From: an uncultured bacterium
GTDB taxonomy: Bacteria; Verrucomicrobiota; Verrucomicrobiia; Verrucomicrobiales; DEV007
Assembly: GCA_963977015.1 (NCBI GenBank)
Contig: CAXBMO010000001.1
Location: forward strand, 448,001-512,000
Length of the DNA: 64,000 nt
Direction: 5' to 3'
In this document: positions 45,495-55,657 of the stretch, one piece after another
Numbering within the stretch: position 1 is the first letter of the stretch
Layout of the letters: each line of letters begins with the position of its first letter
The notes under the pieces: generated by a model
The model's database searches: none
The model's input: only the letters and a program-made list of their open reading frames with translations
Told to the model about the DNA's origin: nothing
Program-made: the position numbers and the translations under genes

Positions 45495-47054
45495 TCAGTA
45501 AGTCCAGCCGGGGCGATGTTCGTCCCACCACTCTTCGATTCGTTCGAGCCAGGTGGTTTTGTCCTCGTTGATGTAGAGAACTTTTTCCGCCTCGTCGTAA
45601 CGCAGCGTGGCGCCCGGGGTGGACCGCAGATACCAGTGCAGCAGTTCTTTCGCCGTTTTCCCCTCAAACGTGTGATCCGGAGGAAGCGACTTCGGCGGGT
45701 GATCCCCCCAACGACTCTCATTATCCCACGCAAGTTGGGTTGCTGTCCCGATGAAGCCGAGAATGTGACCTTCGGAAGTGGATATCTCGTCAGCCAGCGT
45801 GAGTCGCGACATCACGACATCAAAGAGGTTGGTAATGGTTGAGGGATTGGGGGCATCCGGCATTCCGGAAATCTCGAAGCTCAATTCGGTGATTTGCGGA
45901 ATGAAAACCAACTCCATCGGTTGGTTCAGATCGGCGGGTTTGGCGCGGGATGCCAGGATGATGTCGTTTTGCGAGCCTTCACCGTTCCAGCCGAAATTCA
46001 ATGAGCCGTCGGGATTCTTCCAGCCACAATGGTCCTCCAGAAAATTGATGTTCGACGCCCGGACAAGAATTGACGGAGTCCAGCCCGGTTCCTTGTCCGC
46101 CTCGATCAGCAGTGCCTGCCCCTTGGATTCGAGTCGTTCCAATTCCTTTTCGAGTTTTGGGGCCGGGTCTTGCGGCTTGAAGTTGTAGAGATAGGTCTCC
46201 ACATCGACTTCTCCATTCACCTCAGCAAGCCATTGGATGCGAAGGCGATCTTCAAAAACGACTTCCGCGCCCGGGCGATTCTCAAGGATCGCTTGTTGCG
46301 GTTCTCCCGTCAGCGTCTTGAGGTAAAATTGGATGGGGGTGTCATGCCACGCCAGCAACGCCATGTCGAAAAAGGTCCACTCGCCCATGCTTTCCGAGTT
46401 TGGCTGGCCATCGTCAATTTTGTTGATCTCGTAGGTTACCTCCGCGCCTGTGATCGGACTTCCTCCCATTATGCTGAGAAAACGCGGGTGCTGGATTCCT
46501 GCGGTCCGGAACAGCAGGCGAATCTTGGGCGTTTTGTAGACTTCCGGGGCCCGGAATGTTCGGAACTCGTTGGGAACCCCCAATTCATTCAGGGCTGCTT
46601 CATCGAGAGCGCCCAGTGACTTGGCGTCGCGAAAACTCCCCTCAATCTTCCAATCGGGATTCCGGTAATCATCGCTGGGAGTAGGGAACCAGGTGGCAAA
46701 CGCAACCAATTCGATTTTCTCATTTCCCGAGAGCCCCTTCGCCCAGCGGTTGGGGAGTTTCGTCTTGGTGATTTTGGCTTCGGCAGAATAGTCGAGAACG
46801 AATTCGTCGGAAATTCCCGGTATCACCTTCGGGAGCCGCATTGGCTCCAATGCTGATTGGCCGCTTTCCCGTCTTTGCTTCGTAGGCTCCAGAAGATCCA
46901 GCCAGCCATCCTTGTATCCCCGTGTTTTTCGACTCTCAGTGGGGGAACTGAACAGCTCCGGGTCGATGGTTTTGGCTCGATGGGTAAGGCCGACCGAAAC
47001 GAAAACACCGAGGAAAATCAACGCCAGACCAACACGTTTCAACCGGGAACGCAT
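45495..47054 (-). CDS. Hypothetical N-terminally anchored periplasmic protein (519 aa)
   Basis: Long ORF, TM at N-terminus, candidate promoter TTCCCT-N17-TAGCCT 6 nt before ATG. Confidence 0.75.
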   Translation of the reverse strand: MRSRLKRVGLALIFLGVFVSVGLTHRAKTIDPELFSSPTESRKTRGYKDGWLDLLEPTKQRRESGQSALEPMRLPKVIPGISDEFVLDYSAEAKITKTKLPNRWAKGLSGNEKIELVAFATWFPTPSDDYRNPDWKIEGSFRDAKSLGALDEAALNELGVPNEFRTFRAPEVYKTPKIRLLFRTAGIQHPRFLSIMGGSPITGAEVTYEINKIDDGQPNSESMGEWTFFDMALLAWHDTPIQFYLKTLTGEPQQAILENRPGAEVVFEDRLRIQWLAEVNGEVDVETYLYNFKPQDPAPKLEKELERLESKGQALLIEADKEPGWTPSILVRASNINFLEDHCGWKNPDGSLNFGWNGEGSQNDIILASRAKPADLNQPMELVFIPQITELSFEISGMPDAPNPSTITNLFDVVMSRLTLADEISTSEGHILGFIGTATQLAWDNESRWGDHPPKSLPPDHTFEGKTAKELLHWYLRSTPGATLRYDEAEKVLYINEDKTTWLERIEEWWDEHRPGWTY

Positions 47055-47159
47055 CTCCTCAGGCTAGGAGATCCCGCCGAAAAAGGGAAGCTTTACCGTG
47101 AATTTTGTGAAAAAAGTGATCAGCGGGACGGGTGTCCTCGAGCGCCCCCCTCGGTGTCG

Positions 47160-47504
47160 TTAAGACACCGTCGTGATGTCCCTTGTCACTTCATTGCCCC
47201 GAGGCGTTGCCACCGCGTAGCATTTGCGGCGATCATTGGGGTCCGTGCGGCGAACGGCGAGACCGCAATCTTCCAGTCGATCCATGAGACCGGTTGTTGC
47301 TGCGCGAGTGATCGAGAGGGCATCGCTGATTTCTGCCATCGTCTTATCCTGGTCGCGCAAAAGCATCAGCGCTCTAACGACGTTAATGGACAAATCAGAA
47401 GGAACGGACATGAGATCGACCACCATTCGCGTGCGATCCTGAGCTGATTGAGAATTGGTCATGGGAGATTGGGACAATTGTTTGATGCGGTTTCTTGGTT
47501 TCAT
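47160..47504 (-). CDS. Short MarR-family wHTH regulator
   Basis: TMAEISDALSITRAATTGLMDRLEDCGLAVRRTDPNDRR; alternative ATG at 47462. Confidence 0.88.
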   Translation of the reverse strand: MKPRNRIKQLSQSPMTNSQSAQDRTRMVVDLMSVPSDLSINVVRALMLLRDQDKTMAEISDALSITRAATTGLMDRLEDCGLAVRRTDPNDRRKCYAVATPRGNEVTRDITTVS

Positions 47505-47638
47505 TTATGAGAAGCTTGGTCTGCGTTGGTATCATAATTAATAAAACCAAGAAATCAAACTTCGATGAAAGTAAAGTAACCGAAAGTTTTTATTCAGGCA
47601 AGCTGGAGATTGTGGAAATTAGACGAAAATCTCCGAAA

Positions 47639-49480
47639 TTAGAACTTCCAAAAATACGGCACCAAAAATGTGGCCACCAACCAAAGGGTGAGATTGAGGG
47701 GAACGCCAATTTTCGGGAAGTCGCTGAAGCGGTATCCGCCAGCCCCGTAAACGTACGTATTGGTCTGATAACCAATGGGTGTTGCAAAGCTCGCGCTACA
47801 CCCCAGCATCATCGCGACGATAAGGGGACGGGCATCGACCTGAAGCTCCACGGCGATCCCAATGACGATCGGTGTGAGCAAGGCTGCCACCGCGTTATTG
47901 CTTATCATCTCAGTTAAAATTGAGCTCAGCAGGTAGATGATCGACAAGATCACAACCGGTGAGGCCGTCCCGAAAATCCCGGTCACGCCACTGGCCATAA
48001 ACCCGGCGGCTCCGGACACTTCCATGGCTTTTCCGAGCGCCAACATCCCAAAAATGAGAAAAACGATGTTCCACTGGACCGAGGAATACGCGTCCTTGGC
48101 GGGAATGCACTTGGTCAGAATCATCCCGAGAGCAGCCAAGAGGGCGAAGGCCGGGATGGCTGGAGGATGAACGGCGGCCCCAATGATAAACAGAAGAACC
48201 ATGCTGACTCCGAACCAAAGCTTCTGCGGGCGGGGAGGGCGGCTTCTCGGCTCGTTCAGGGAAACGAAATTGCGTCCCCGTTGAAGTTGATTGATGGCGT
48301 CGACCGGGCCTTCGAGCAGAAGCGTGTCGCCGAATTCCAGCTTCACGTCGCCAAGATCCTTCTTTCGGGCCAAATCGCGTCCCATGCGATGCACGGCCAA
48401 AATGTGGACGCCGTATTTCTGGCGAAACTTCGCCTCCCGCAAGGTGTGGCCAACAATTTCGCTTTGCGGACCGACGATTCCCTCCATCAGTTTCAACTCC
48501 CGGGTCTCCAACTGCTTCAGGTTGAGATTTCGATACGCACCGAAGCTGATTCCCTCGGTTTCCTTGAGATCCTCGAAACTTGTTCCATGCAACGTGATGA
48601 GAAGACGGTCGCCGGATCGAACTTTCAGTTTGTCCAACGGAGCCTGAAGGACTCGACCGCGACGTCGAACTTCCAACACCTCGGTTTCCGGGATCTCGTT
48701 GAGCAACGTCTCGGGAAGCGTTTTTCCGACGAGCGGAGAATCGTCTTCGACGCTGAATTGAGTCAGAAAACTGCGTTTTTCGGGCGGTTCGAGGCTTTCC
48801 TCCAGCGTTTTGCGCTTTGGCAGCAGCTTTCGGCCCAGCGTGCCCAGATAAACGAATCCGACCAGTGCGTAGATGATGCCGATTTTCGACATTTCAAACA
48901 TGCCGAACGCTTTCTCATCGGGTTGATACTGCGAGTAGAGGTCCGCAATGATGAGGTTGGTTGAGGTGCCGGTCAGCGTGCAGGTGCCCCCCAGAATGGA
49001 GGCGAAGCTGAGGGGAATGAGCAGGCGCGAGGCGTTGAGACCCAGCTTTTTGGCGACGCTCGTGACGATCGGCAGAAAAACGACGACGACTGGCGTGTTG
49101 TTGACGAACGCAGAAAGGACTGCCGCGATGAGCATGAGGGTAAACATCACCCGCAATTCGGATTTTCCGGCAATTCGCTCGAAAAAGTCGCCCATGATGT
49201 CAATCGCGCCGGTGCGCTCCAGCGCGGCGCTCAAGACGAACATGCAGGCGATGGTAATCGGGGCCTGGTTGCTGAAAACCTGGAGCAGCTGCTCAGTGTT
49301 CAGAACCGTGATGAAAGAGACGCCGAGTGCGCCAATCGCCACCACATCTGGTGCCGCCCATTCGCGAAAAAAGGCAAGGGCAACGAACGCGACGATCAGA
49401 AAAACCAGCCAGATTTGGACCGAGGCTCCCAGAAACGGGATTTGGAGAAATTCTTGATATCCGGGGATGATCTCGGGCAT
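47639..49480 (-). CDS. SLC13/DASS permease with TrkA-C domains
   Basis: SAFVNNTPVV, LGGTCTLTGTSTN, two TrkA-C domains, SNNA and ASFATPIGYQTN motifs. Confidence 0.93.
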   Translation of the reverse strand: MPEIIPGYQEFLQIPFLGASVQIWLVFLIVAFVALAFFREWAAPDVVAIGALGVSFITVLNTEQLLQVFSNQAPITIACMFVLSAALERTGAIDIMGDFFERIAGKSELRVMFTLMLIAAVLSAFVNNTPVVVVFLPIVTSVAKKLGLNASRLLIPLSFASILGGTCTLTGTSTNLIIADLYSQYQPDEKAFGMFEMSKIGIIYALVGFVYLGTLGRKLLPKRKTLEESLEPPEKRSFLTQFSVEDDSPLVGKTLPETLLNEIPETEVLEVRRRGRVLQAPLDKLKVRSGDRLLITLHGTSFEDLKETEGISFGAYRNLNLKQLETRELKLMEGIVGPQSEIVGHTLREAKFRQKYGVHILAVHRMGRDLARKKDLGDVKLEFGDTLLLEGPVDAINQLQRGRNFVSLNEPRSRPPRPQKLWFGVSMVLLFIIGAAVHPPAIPAFALLAALGMILTKCIPAKDAYSSVQWNIVFLIFGMLALGKAMEVSGAAGFMASGVTGIFGTASPVVILSIIYLLSSILTEMISNNAVAALLTPIVIGIAVELQVDARPLIVAMMLGCSASFATPIGYQTNTYVYGAGGYRFSDFPKIGVPLNLTLWLVATFLVPYFWKF

Positions 49481-49590
49481 TGCGGCAATCTTGCGAGAAC
49501 GGCTGCGATTGCAATCAGTGGATTCGAAGGCGCGGGAACAAATTGCGAAAGGGAGTTTTCTGCCTACTGATCGTTCGTAACGGATTGACG

Positions 49591-50781
49591 ATGGCGTTTT
49601 CTCAAGAATTTCATGATTTACCGCTTCAGCGGCTCCAAGAGCTTTCTCTCTCGGCTTCGCTGGAGGAGGCTTCGCGTGCCATGGAGGGGGCCCAGTCATC
49701 GCTCACGGCGTTTGCGCGTCTCATTTCACCGGCCGCGTCTCAATTGCTCGAGCCACTTGCCGCAAGGTCGCAGGCGTTGACTCGGCAACGCTTTGGAAAG
49801 GTGATTCGTTTTTTTGCGCCGCTCTATCTCTCCAACGAGTGCGTCAACAACTGCCAATACTGTGGGTTTTCGCGCGATAATCCGATTCTGCGAGTCACGC
49901 TGGAAATCGATGAGGTGGTGAGGGAAGCGCGACAGCTGGCAGCTCAGGGGTTTCGCAATGTCCTTCTCGTTTCGGGGGAGCATCCCAAGTTCGCTTCCAA
50001 CAACTACATTGCAGACTGTGTCGAAGCGTTGCGTGAGGAAATCCCGGGGATTGCGCTCGAAGTCGGCCCGATGGAGGTGGCGGACTATCAGAAAATGGTC
50101 GAAGCCGGTGCCGAAGCTCTCGTTGTCTATCAGGAGACCTACGAAACCGGGATTTACTCGCAGGTTCACACCGCGGGACCAAAGAAGAATTTTGATTGGC
50201 GACTCGATACGCCCGAGCGCGCCTACGAAGCAGGTTTCCGGCGACTCGGGATCGGCGCGTTGTATGGATTGGCGGATTGGCGCTTCGAAGCGCTCGCCGT
50301 GGCCGCGCACACTCTTCACCTTCAGCGCCACTGCTGGAAGTCGCAACTCACGATCTCTCTGCCCCGGCTTCGGCCTCACGCGGGAGAATTTGAGCCGCTG
50401 ACCCACATTACCGATCGCGAGTTGGTTCAACTGATCTGCGCCTTTCGTCTGTTGCTTCCCGATGTTGGGATTGTGCTTTCGACCCGGGAACCGGCTTCCC
50501 TGCGGGACGGGATCATCCCTCTCGGCATCACTCACGTGAGTGCCGGCAGCCATACCGAGCCGGGGGGATACACCGGAGCTGGAAACGAGAATCTGCATCT
50601 GACCAAACGGGGGCGCGTCGAGGAATTGTCGCCGGAGATCAAGGCAACCAAGGATTGCTCGAAAGCGACCGGACAGTTCGATATCGCGGACGAACGTTCG
50701 CCGGAAGAAGTCGCGGACCTTGTTCGTGGACTTGGCTATGATCCCGTCTGGAAGGACTGGGATGCCGAGTTACTTCGTTAG
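49591..50781 (+). CDS. thiH: 2-iminoacetate synthase (radical SAM tyrosine lyase)
   Basis: FAPLYLSNECVNNCQYCGFS, YQETY, SLPRLRP, STRE, SAGS.TEPGGY, QFDIADERS and WKDWD motifs. Confidence 0.94.
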   Translation: MAFSQEFHDLPLQRLQELSLSASLEEASRAMEGAQSSLTAFARLISPAASQLLEPLAARSQALTRQRFGKVIRFFAPLYLSNECVNNCQYCGFSRDNPILRVTLEIDEVVREARQLAAQGFRNVLLVSGEHPKFASNNYIADCVEALREEIPGIALEVGPMEVADYQKMVEAGAEALVVYQETYETGIYSQVHTAGPKKNFDWRLDTPERAYEAGFRRLGIGALYGLADWRFEALAVAAHTLHLQRHCWKSQLTISLPRLRPHAGEFEPLTHITDRELVQLICAFRLLLPDVGIVLSTREPASLRDGIIPLGITHVSAGSHTEPGGYTGAGNENLHLTKRGRVEELSPEIKATKDCSKATGQFDIADERSPEEVADLVRGLGYDPVWKDWDAELLR

Positions 50782-50854
50782 TGTCGCCTTTTTCGTTGAG
50801 AAGCAATCCGGTCGGGATAGGGTGAGCGCTTCAACCAAATCGCTACCTACCATT

Positions 50855-51466
50855 TTGCAACTCGCCTGCCTCGACCTCGAAGGAGTCCTCATCCCGGAAA
50901 TCTGGATCAATTTTGCCGAACGCACGGGAATTGATGCGCTCCGGGCCACCACGCGCGACATTCCTGACTATGATGAACTGATGACCATGCGGCTCAACAT
51001 TTTGGATGAGCATAACCTGGGCATTGGCGATATTCAGGAAGTGATCGACGGAATGGGGCCGCTTCCGGGGGCCTACGAATTCCTGAACTGGCTCAAGGAA
51101 CGGTTTCAGGTCATCATCCTCTCCGATACGTTTTATGAATTTGCGGCGCCTCTCATGCGCCAGCTCGACTTTCCGACCCTCTTCTGCCACAAGCTCGAAA
51201 TCGATGACGCGGGCAAAGTGAAGAACTATCATCTTCGTCAGCCAGACCAGAAGCGGAAATCGGTGCAAGCGTTCCACGGATTGAACTTTAAGGTGATCGC
51301 TGCCGGAGATTCCTACAACGATACCACCATGCTGTCGGAAGCCGATGCCGGGATTTTGTTCTGTCCGCCGCAAAACGTGATTGATGAGTTTCCCCAATTC
51401 CCCGTCACCAAGGATTATGAGGCTCTGAAGGCGGAGTTTCTCGCCGCCCAGGCCAGGATCGGTTGA
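50855..51466 (+). CDS. thrH: Phosphoserine phosphatase / homoserine phosphotransferase ThrH
   Basis: ACLDLEGVLIPEIW, LSDTFYEFA and AAGDSYNDT motifs; TTG start inferred (GTG at 50822 also possible). Confidence 0.94.
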   Translation: MQLACLDLEGVLIPEIWINFAERTGIDALRATTRDIPDYDELMTMRLNILDEHNLGIGDIQEVIDGMGPLPGAYEFLNWLKERFQVIILSDTFYEFAAPLMRQLDFPTLFCHKLEIDDAGKVKNYHLRQPDQKRKSVQAFHGLNFKVIAAGDSYNDTTMLSEADAGILFCPPQNVIDEFPQFPVTKDYEALKAEFLAAQARIG

Positions 51467-51490
51467 CGCGGGGAAAGCCCCGCTCATGGT
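51463..51490 (+). promoter_or_regulatory. Sigma70-like promoter TTGACG-N16-CATGGT, 6 nt before ATG 51497
   Basis: Same geometry as the promoter at 44419. Confidence 0.45.
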
Positions 51491-51496
51491 TGCGGG

Positions 51497-52858
51497 ATGA
51501 AACCCGTCTTCCTCGCGATTTTCCTGGCCCTGACTTCTTCCGCGGTGATCGCGGAACAGCCCAACATCGTCCTCATGCTGGCTGATGATCTGGGTTGGGG
51601 AGATTTGAGTTGTTACGGCAGCCCAAATACCCAGACTCCAAATCTCGATCAACTCGCGGCGGATGGAATGCGCTTCACCGACTTTTACGCCGCGTGCGGA
51701 GTTTGTTCGCCATCGCGTGGTGCGTTGCTGACGGGGCGATTTTCGGTTCGTGCCGGGATTTACAGCTGGGTTCACATGTCCCAGAAGATGCATCTTCGGG
51801 TCGAGGAAACGACGATTGCGGAGCTGATGAAATCTGCCGGTTATTCCACCGCGCACATTGGCAAATGGCACCTGGGCTATGACTTGGTAAAAGGGAGCGG
51901 GCCGGGACCAAATCCAGGCGATCACGGTTTCGACTACTGGATGGGCACCGGGAACAACGCCAATCCTTCGCACAAAAATCCCAACAACTTCGTCCTCAAC
52001 GGCGTCGCGCTTGGTGAGGTGGAAGGCTTCTCCTGCCAGATCGTCGTCGACAAGGCAATCGGTTGGTTGGACGAGCATCGCGAAAAGGAGAAACCGTTTT
52101 TCCTCAACGTCTGGTTTCACGAGCCTCACGCGAAAGTGGCCGCTCCGGAGGAACTTGCGGCTCGGCACAAAGGGAAAAAGAATCCGCACTACTACGGTTG
52201 CATCGAGAACATGGACCTTGCGGTCGGTCGATTGCTCGAACATCTCGAGTCGATCGGAGCTACCGACAACACGTTGGTTATCTTCACCAGCGACAACGGA
52301 AGCTATATGGCAGGAAGCAATGGATCCCTGAAGGGCCGGAAAACCTCGCTTTGGGAAGGCGGAATTCGGGAGCCCGGAATTTTTCGTTGGCCTGGAAAAA
52401 TCAAGTCAGGCCAGGTTTCCTCGGCCCCGGCGGGATTGGTCGATATTCTTCCCACGCTCTGTCAGGTTGCGGGAGTGGATGCTCCAACCGATCGGACCCT
52501 TGATGGAATCAGTCTTCTACCTTTGTTTGCCGGGGAGAAGTTGGAACGTTCAAAGCCACTCTATTGGTTTTACAACCCCTCGCGCCCGGTTTGTGTGATC
52601 CGCGATGGCGACTATTGCCTCATCGCTGACCCGGAAATCGATCTTCCCCGCCAAAACATGTTCAAGGAGGAGTTCATCGGAGATATCAAGAAGACAGGCT
52701 TTACCAATTTTCGCCTTTTCGATCTCACCAAAGATCCTGAGCAGGAGCACGATCTCGCCGGTGAGCAACCCGAGCGCTTTGATGCCATGAAGAAGAAAAT
52801 GGTCGAACTGAATGCCGATGTGATGGCGGAGGCGATTGATTGGCGGACGCTCGATTGA
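51497..52858 (+). CDS. Type I (Cys-type) sulfatase
   Basis: MLADDLGWGD, CSPSR, GKWHLG, FTSDNG and WEGGIREP motifs; signal peptide. Confidence 0.95.
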   Translation: MKPVFLAIFLALTSSAVIAEQPNIVLMLADDLGWGDLSCYGSPNTQTPNLDQLAADGMRFTDFYAACGVCSPSRGALLTGRFSVRAGIYSWVHMSQKMHLRVEETTIAELMKSAGYSTAHIGKWHLGYDLVKGSGPGPNPGDHGFDYWMGTGNNANPSHKNPNNFVLNGVALGEVEGFSCQIVVDKAIGWLDEHREKEKPFFLNVWFHEPHAKVAAPEELAARHKGKKNPHYYGCIENMDLAVGRLLEHLESIGATDNTLVIFTSDNGSYMAGSNGSLKGRKTSLWEGGIREPGIFRWPGKIKSGQVSSAPAGLVDILPTLCQVAGVDAPTDRTLDGISLLPLFAGEKLERSKPLYWFYNPSRPVCVIRDGDYCLIADPEIDLPRQNMFKEEFIGDIKKTGFTNFRLFDLTKDPEQEHDLAGEQPERFDAMKKKMVELNADVMAEAIDWRTLD

Positions 52859-52883
52859 ATCAGTAGCCGGCCGCTGCCGCGAT

Positions 52884-53522
52884 TCACGAGGTCGCTTCCC
52901 GCGTCTTCTTTTTTCGATCAAACTTCGCTTCTGTTCCTGCCAGCAATCGGATGATGTTCGACTTGTGGCGGTAGATTGCCATCCCGCCAATGAATGCGGT
53001 GAGGACGAGTAACGGAATTTGCCAATTGCCAAAAAGTCCCTGGAGAAAAATGGAAGTTGGAAGGGTGAGGGCCGCCACGATGGAGCCCAGGGAAACGTAG
53101 CGTGTCGAAATAAACGTGATGCCCCAGAGTGCGATCGCCACCAGGATCGTCACGGGAATCAGCGGTAACAGCGCTCCTCCGGATGTCGCAATGCCTTTGC
53201 CGCCTTTGAATCCAAGCCAAACCGGAAAGTTGTGCCCCAGGATCGTTGCCAAACACGTCAAGACCGGCACGATTCCTTCCGGCTCGACCGAGCCGCAGGT
53301 CCAATTCGCCAGAAAAACGGGCCATACCCCTTTAAAAAAATCCATTACGAAGACCGTGATCCCGATCGGTTTTCCCAAGACTCGCAGCGCATTGGTTGCT
53401 CCAATGTTTCCACTGCCGTGTTTGCGGATATCCACCCCTTTCAGCTTTCCTGCGAGAAAGCCGAATGGAGTACTCCCGATGAGGTAGCCAACAGGAAGCC
53501 AGATGAAGGGAAGCCAAGACAT
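52884..53522 (-). CDS. plsY: Glycerol-3-phosphate acyltransferase PlsY
   Basis: YLIGS, GSGNIGATN, DFFKG, GHNFP...FKGGKGIAT and HKSNI.RL..G.E motifs. Confidence 0.96.
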   Translation of the reverse strand: MSWLPFIWLPVGYLIGSTPFGFLAGKLKGVDIRKHGSGNIGATNALRVLGKPIGITVFVMDFFKGVWPVFLANWTCGSVEPEGIVPVLTCLATILGHNFPVWLGFKGGKGIATSGGALLPLIPVTILVAIALWGITFISTRYVSLGSIVAALTLPTSIFLQGLFGNWQIPLLVLTAFIGGMAIYRHKSNIIRLLAGTEAKFDRKKKTREATS

Positions 53523-53604
53523 GTGCCTCTAACACAGCGTTGTTTTTCCCTTGAGGCAAGCTTTTGACAAGAATGTTACGGATCACTCGTCTGACCGCCG
53601 TGCC

Positions 53605-53853
53605 TCAGTCAACGCTGAGGTCCCGCAATGCTTCTTCGCGCGATTTCCAAGGGCGAGTGGGAAGTTCTCTCGGTGGTTTGGCGACTTTGCCTTCGTATTC
53701 GGGCAGGGTAGGTGGTTGAACCTCTTCCGGGTCGTCTGGAGCTTCGGTGATGCGGACCGTAACCCGGCTGCCCTCTGGAAATTGTGCCAGAAGGTCGACA
53801 ATTGTTGCCGCGGAATCTTTATCCACGCTCAACGTGATGCTGACCGGACCCAT
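53605..53853 (-). CDS. Small hypothetical protein (82 aa)
   Basis: ATG start with its own TTGCCT-N16-TATGTT promoter; fills the polX-plsY gap. Confidence 0.6.
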   Translation of the reverse strand: MGPVSITLSVDKDSAATIVDLLAQFPEGSRVTVRITEAPDDPEEVQPPTLPEYEGKVAKPPRELPTRPWKSREEALRDLSVD

Positions 53854-53917
53854 AATCCGCTAACATAGTGCTGCTTCCTCAATAGGCAAACGCCGCAACG
53901 TGGTGGAAGCGTCGCTG

Positions 53918-55657
53918 TTAGGATTCCGATTTGGCGACCAATGCATTCTCGACTTCTGCGAGCGGCAGGCAATTGATGACATTGTCTCGCGTGAGCCAGC
54001 CTTTGCGGGCTTGAAGGATACCGAAATGGAGATACTGCAGGTCTCCCGCGCGATGCGCATCCGGATTGATGGAGCACTTTACGCCTTTCTCCGTCGCCAG
54101 CTTCCACCAGCGCCAATCCATGTCCAGGCGCCAGGGATTGCAGTTCAGCTCGATGATCGTTTGGTTCGCGGCGCAGGCGTCGATGATCTTGGGAATGTTC
54201 AGGGCGTAGGGATCGCGCTGCAGCAGGAGCCGGCCCGTCAGGTGGCCGACCATGGTCACATGGGGATTCTCGATCGCCGAAAGCAGGCGCTTCGTCATTT
54301 CCGATTCCTCCAACTGCATCGCGTTGTGCACGCTCGCGACCACGTAATCCAACTCGCTCAGCAAATCGTCGTCAAAGTCGAGCCCGCCGTTCCGCAAAAT
54401 ATCCACTTCGGAGCCGGCAAACACCTTGAAGTCGCCGTCGAATCCCTCGTTCAGTTTGCGGATCTCCGCAATTTGCGCGCGCAGTCGTTCCTCGTTCAAG
54501 CCGTTTGCCTGAAAGGACGACTTGCTGTGGTCGGCGATGCCAAGGTATTGCAGGCCAAGCTCTTGCGCCGCTTCCGCCATCTCCTCCAGCGAATTTTTCC
54601 CGTCACTCGCAGTAGTGTGATTGTGAAACGTGCCGCGCAGATTCTCCCGCTCAATCAGCTTGGGCAGGTCTCCGGACTCCGCCGCTTCCACCTCGCCGGT
54701 GGCCTCGCGCAAAGCCGGATCAATCCAGTCCAGCCCCAGGGCGCGATAAACGTCTTTCTCTTCCTGAATTTTCGGCGTCTTCGCGTCACTGCCTTCCGTT
54801 GGAGCAAGCCGATACTCATTCAGTGTCAATCCGCGCTTCAACGCCCGGCTTCGCAATTGAATGTTGTGCTCTTTGCTGCCCGTGAAATAAACCAACGCGC
54901 ACGGATATTCCTCATTGGAGACCGCGCGCAGGTCGCATTGGACGCCGTTCTCCAACCGAATGGACGATTTGGTCGCGCCGTGAACCAACACTTCCGCCGT
55001 CCAGGGCTGTTCGACGAAGAAGTCCATCAGCGCCTGCGGTTCCTTGGTGGCGACGATGAAATCCAGATCATGAACGGTCTCTTTCCCCCGCCGAATCGAC
55101 CCCGCAGCTTCCGCCCGGCTCGTGGCCGGGTGCGACTTCAGCCCTTCCAGAATCGCCTCGACATGACCGGCGACATCGCCCAGACGAAACCGCCCGGCAA
55201 AGCTCTCCCGAAACGCGATCGCCTCGAGAATTTTCTGCACGCTCTTCGCGCCGAAGCCACTCAATTTGGAAGCCGCGCCACTTTCGCAGACCTCTTTCAG
55301 TTTCTCGATCGAATCCACTCCCAACTCCTCGTAGAGCGCCTTGGCCTTTTTCGGCCCCAATCCCTGCACCTCGAAAAGCTCAAAAATGGTGTCAGGAAAC
55401 TCGCTTCGCAGGTTCTCCCAGAACTCCATTTTCCCCTCCGTCACCAACTGATGGATCTTCTTCGCCAGGGCGTCGCCGATTCCCTTGATGGGCTTCAGTT
55501 CGTTGTCTTTCGCCAGTTGGATGAAGTCCCCACTAAAGGTCTCCACCGTTTCCGCCCCGGTGCGATAGGCTCTCACCTTGAACGGATTTTCTCCTTTCAG
55601 CTCAAGAAGCAGAGCAATTTGGCGCAGGATTTTCGCGATCTCCTCAAGGCTGGTCAT
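53918..55657 (-). CDS. polX: DNA polymerase X with PHP domain
   Basis: GENPFKVRAY, GSIRR...HDLD, CDLR, YFTGSKEHN; PHP motifs HNHTTASDG, DHSKS and DAH. Confidence 0.96.
   Translation of the reverse strand: MTSLEEIAKILRQIALLLELKGENPFKVRAYRTGAETVETFSGDFIQLAKDNELKPIKGIGDALAKKIHQLVTEGKMEFWENLRSEFPDTIFELFEVQGLGPKKAKALYEELGVDSIEKLKEVCESGAASKLSGFGAKSVQKILEAIAFRESFAGRFRLGDVAGHVEAILEGLKSHPATSRAEAAGSIRRGKETVHDLDFIVATKEPQALMDFFVEQPWTAEVLVHGATKSSIRLENGVQCDLRAVSNEEYPCALVYFTGSKEHNIQLRSRALKRGLTLNEYRLAPTEGSDAKTPKIQEEKDVYRALGLDWIDPALREATGEVEAAESGDLPKLIERENLRGTFHNHTTASDGKNSLEEMAEAAQELGLQYLGIADHSKSSFQANGLNEERLRAQIAEIRKLNEGFDGDFKVFAGSEVDILRNGGLDFDDDLLSELDYVVASVHNAMQLEESEMTKRLLSAIENPHVTMVGHLTGRLLLQRDPYALNIPKIIDACAANQTIIELNCNPWRLDMDWRWWKLATEKGVKCSINPDAHRAGDLQYLHFGILQARKGWLTRDNVINCLPLAEVENALVAKSES

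Noticed and set aside
49481-49590. Possible TPP riboswitch before thiH
   Set aside because: Only 110 bp shared with a divergent gene, and no TPP core motifs seen.
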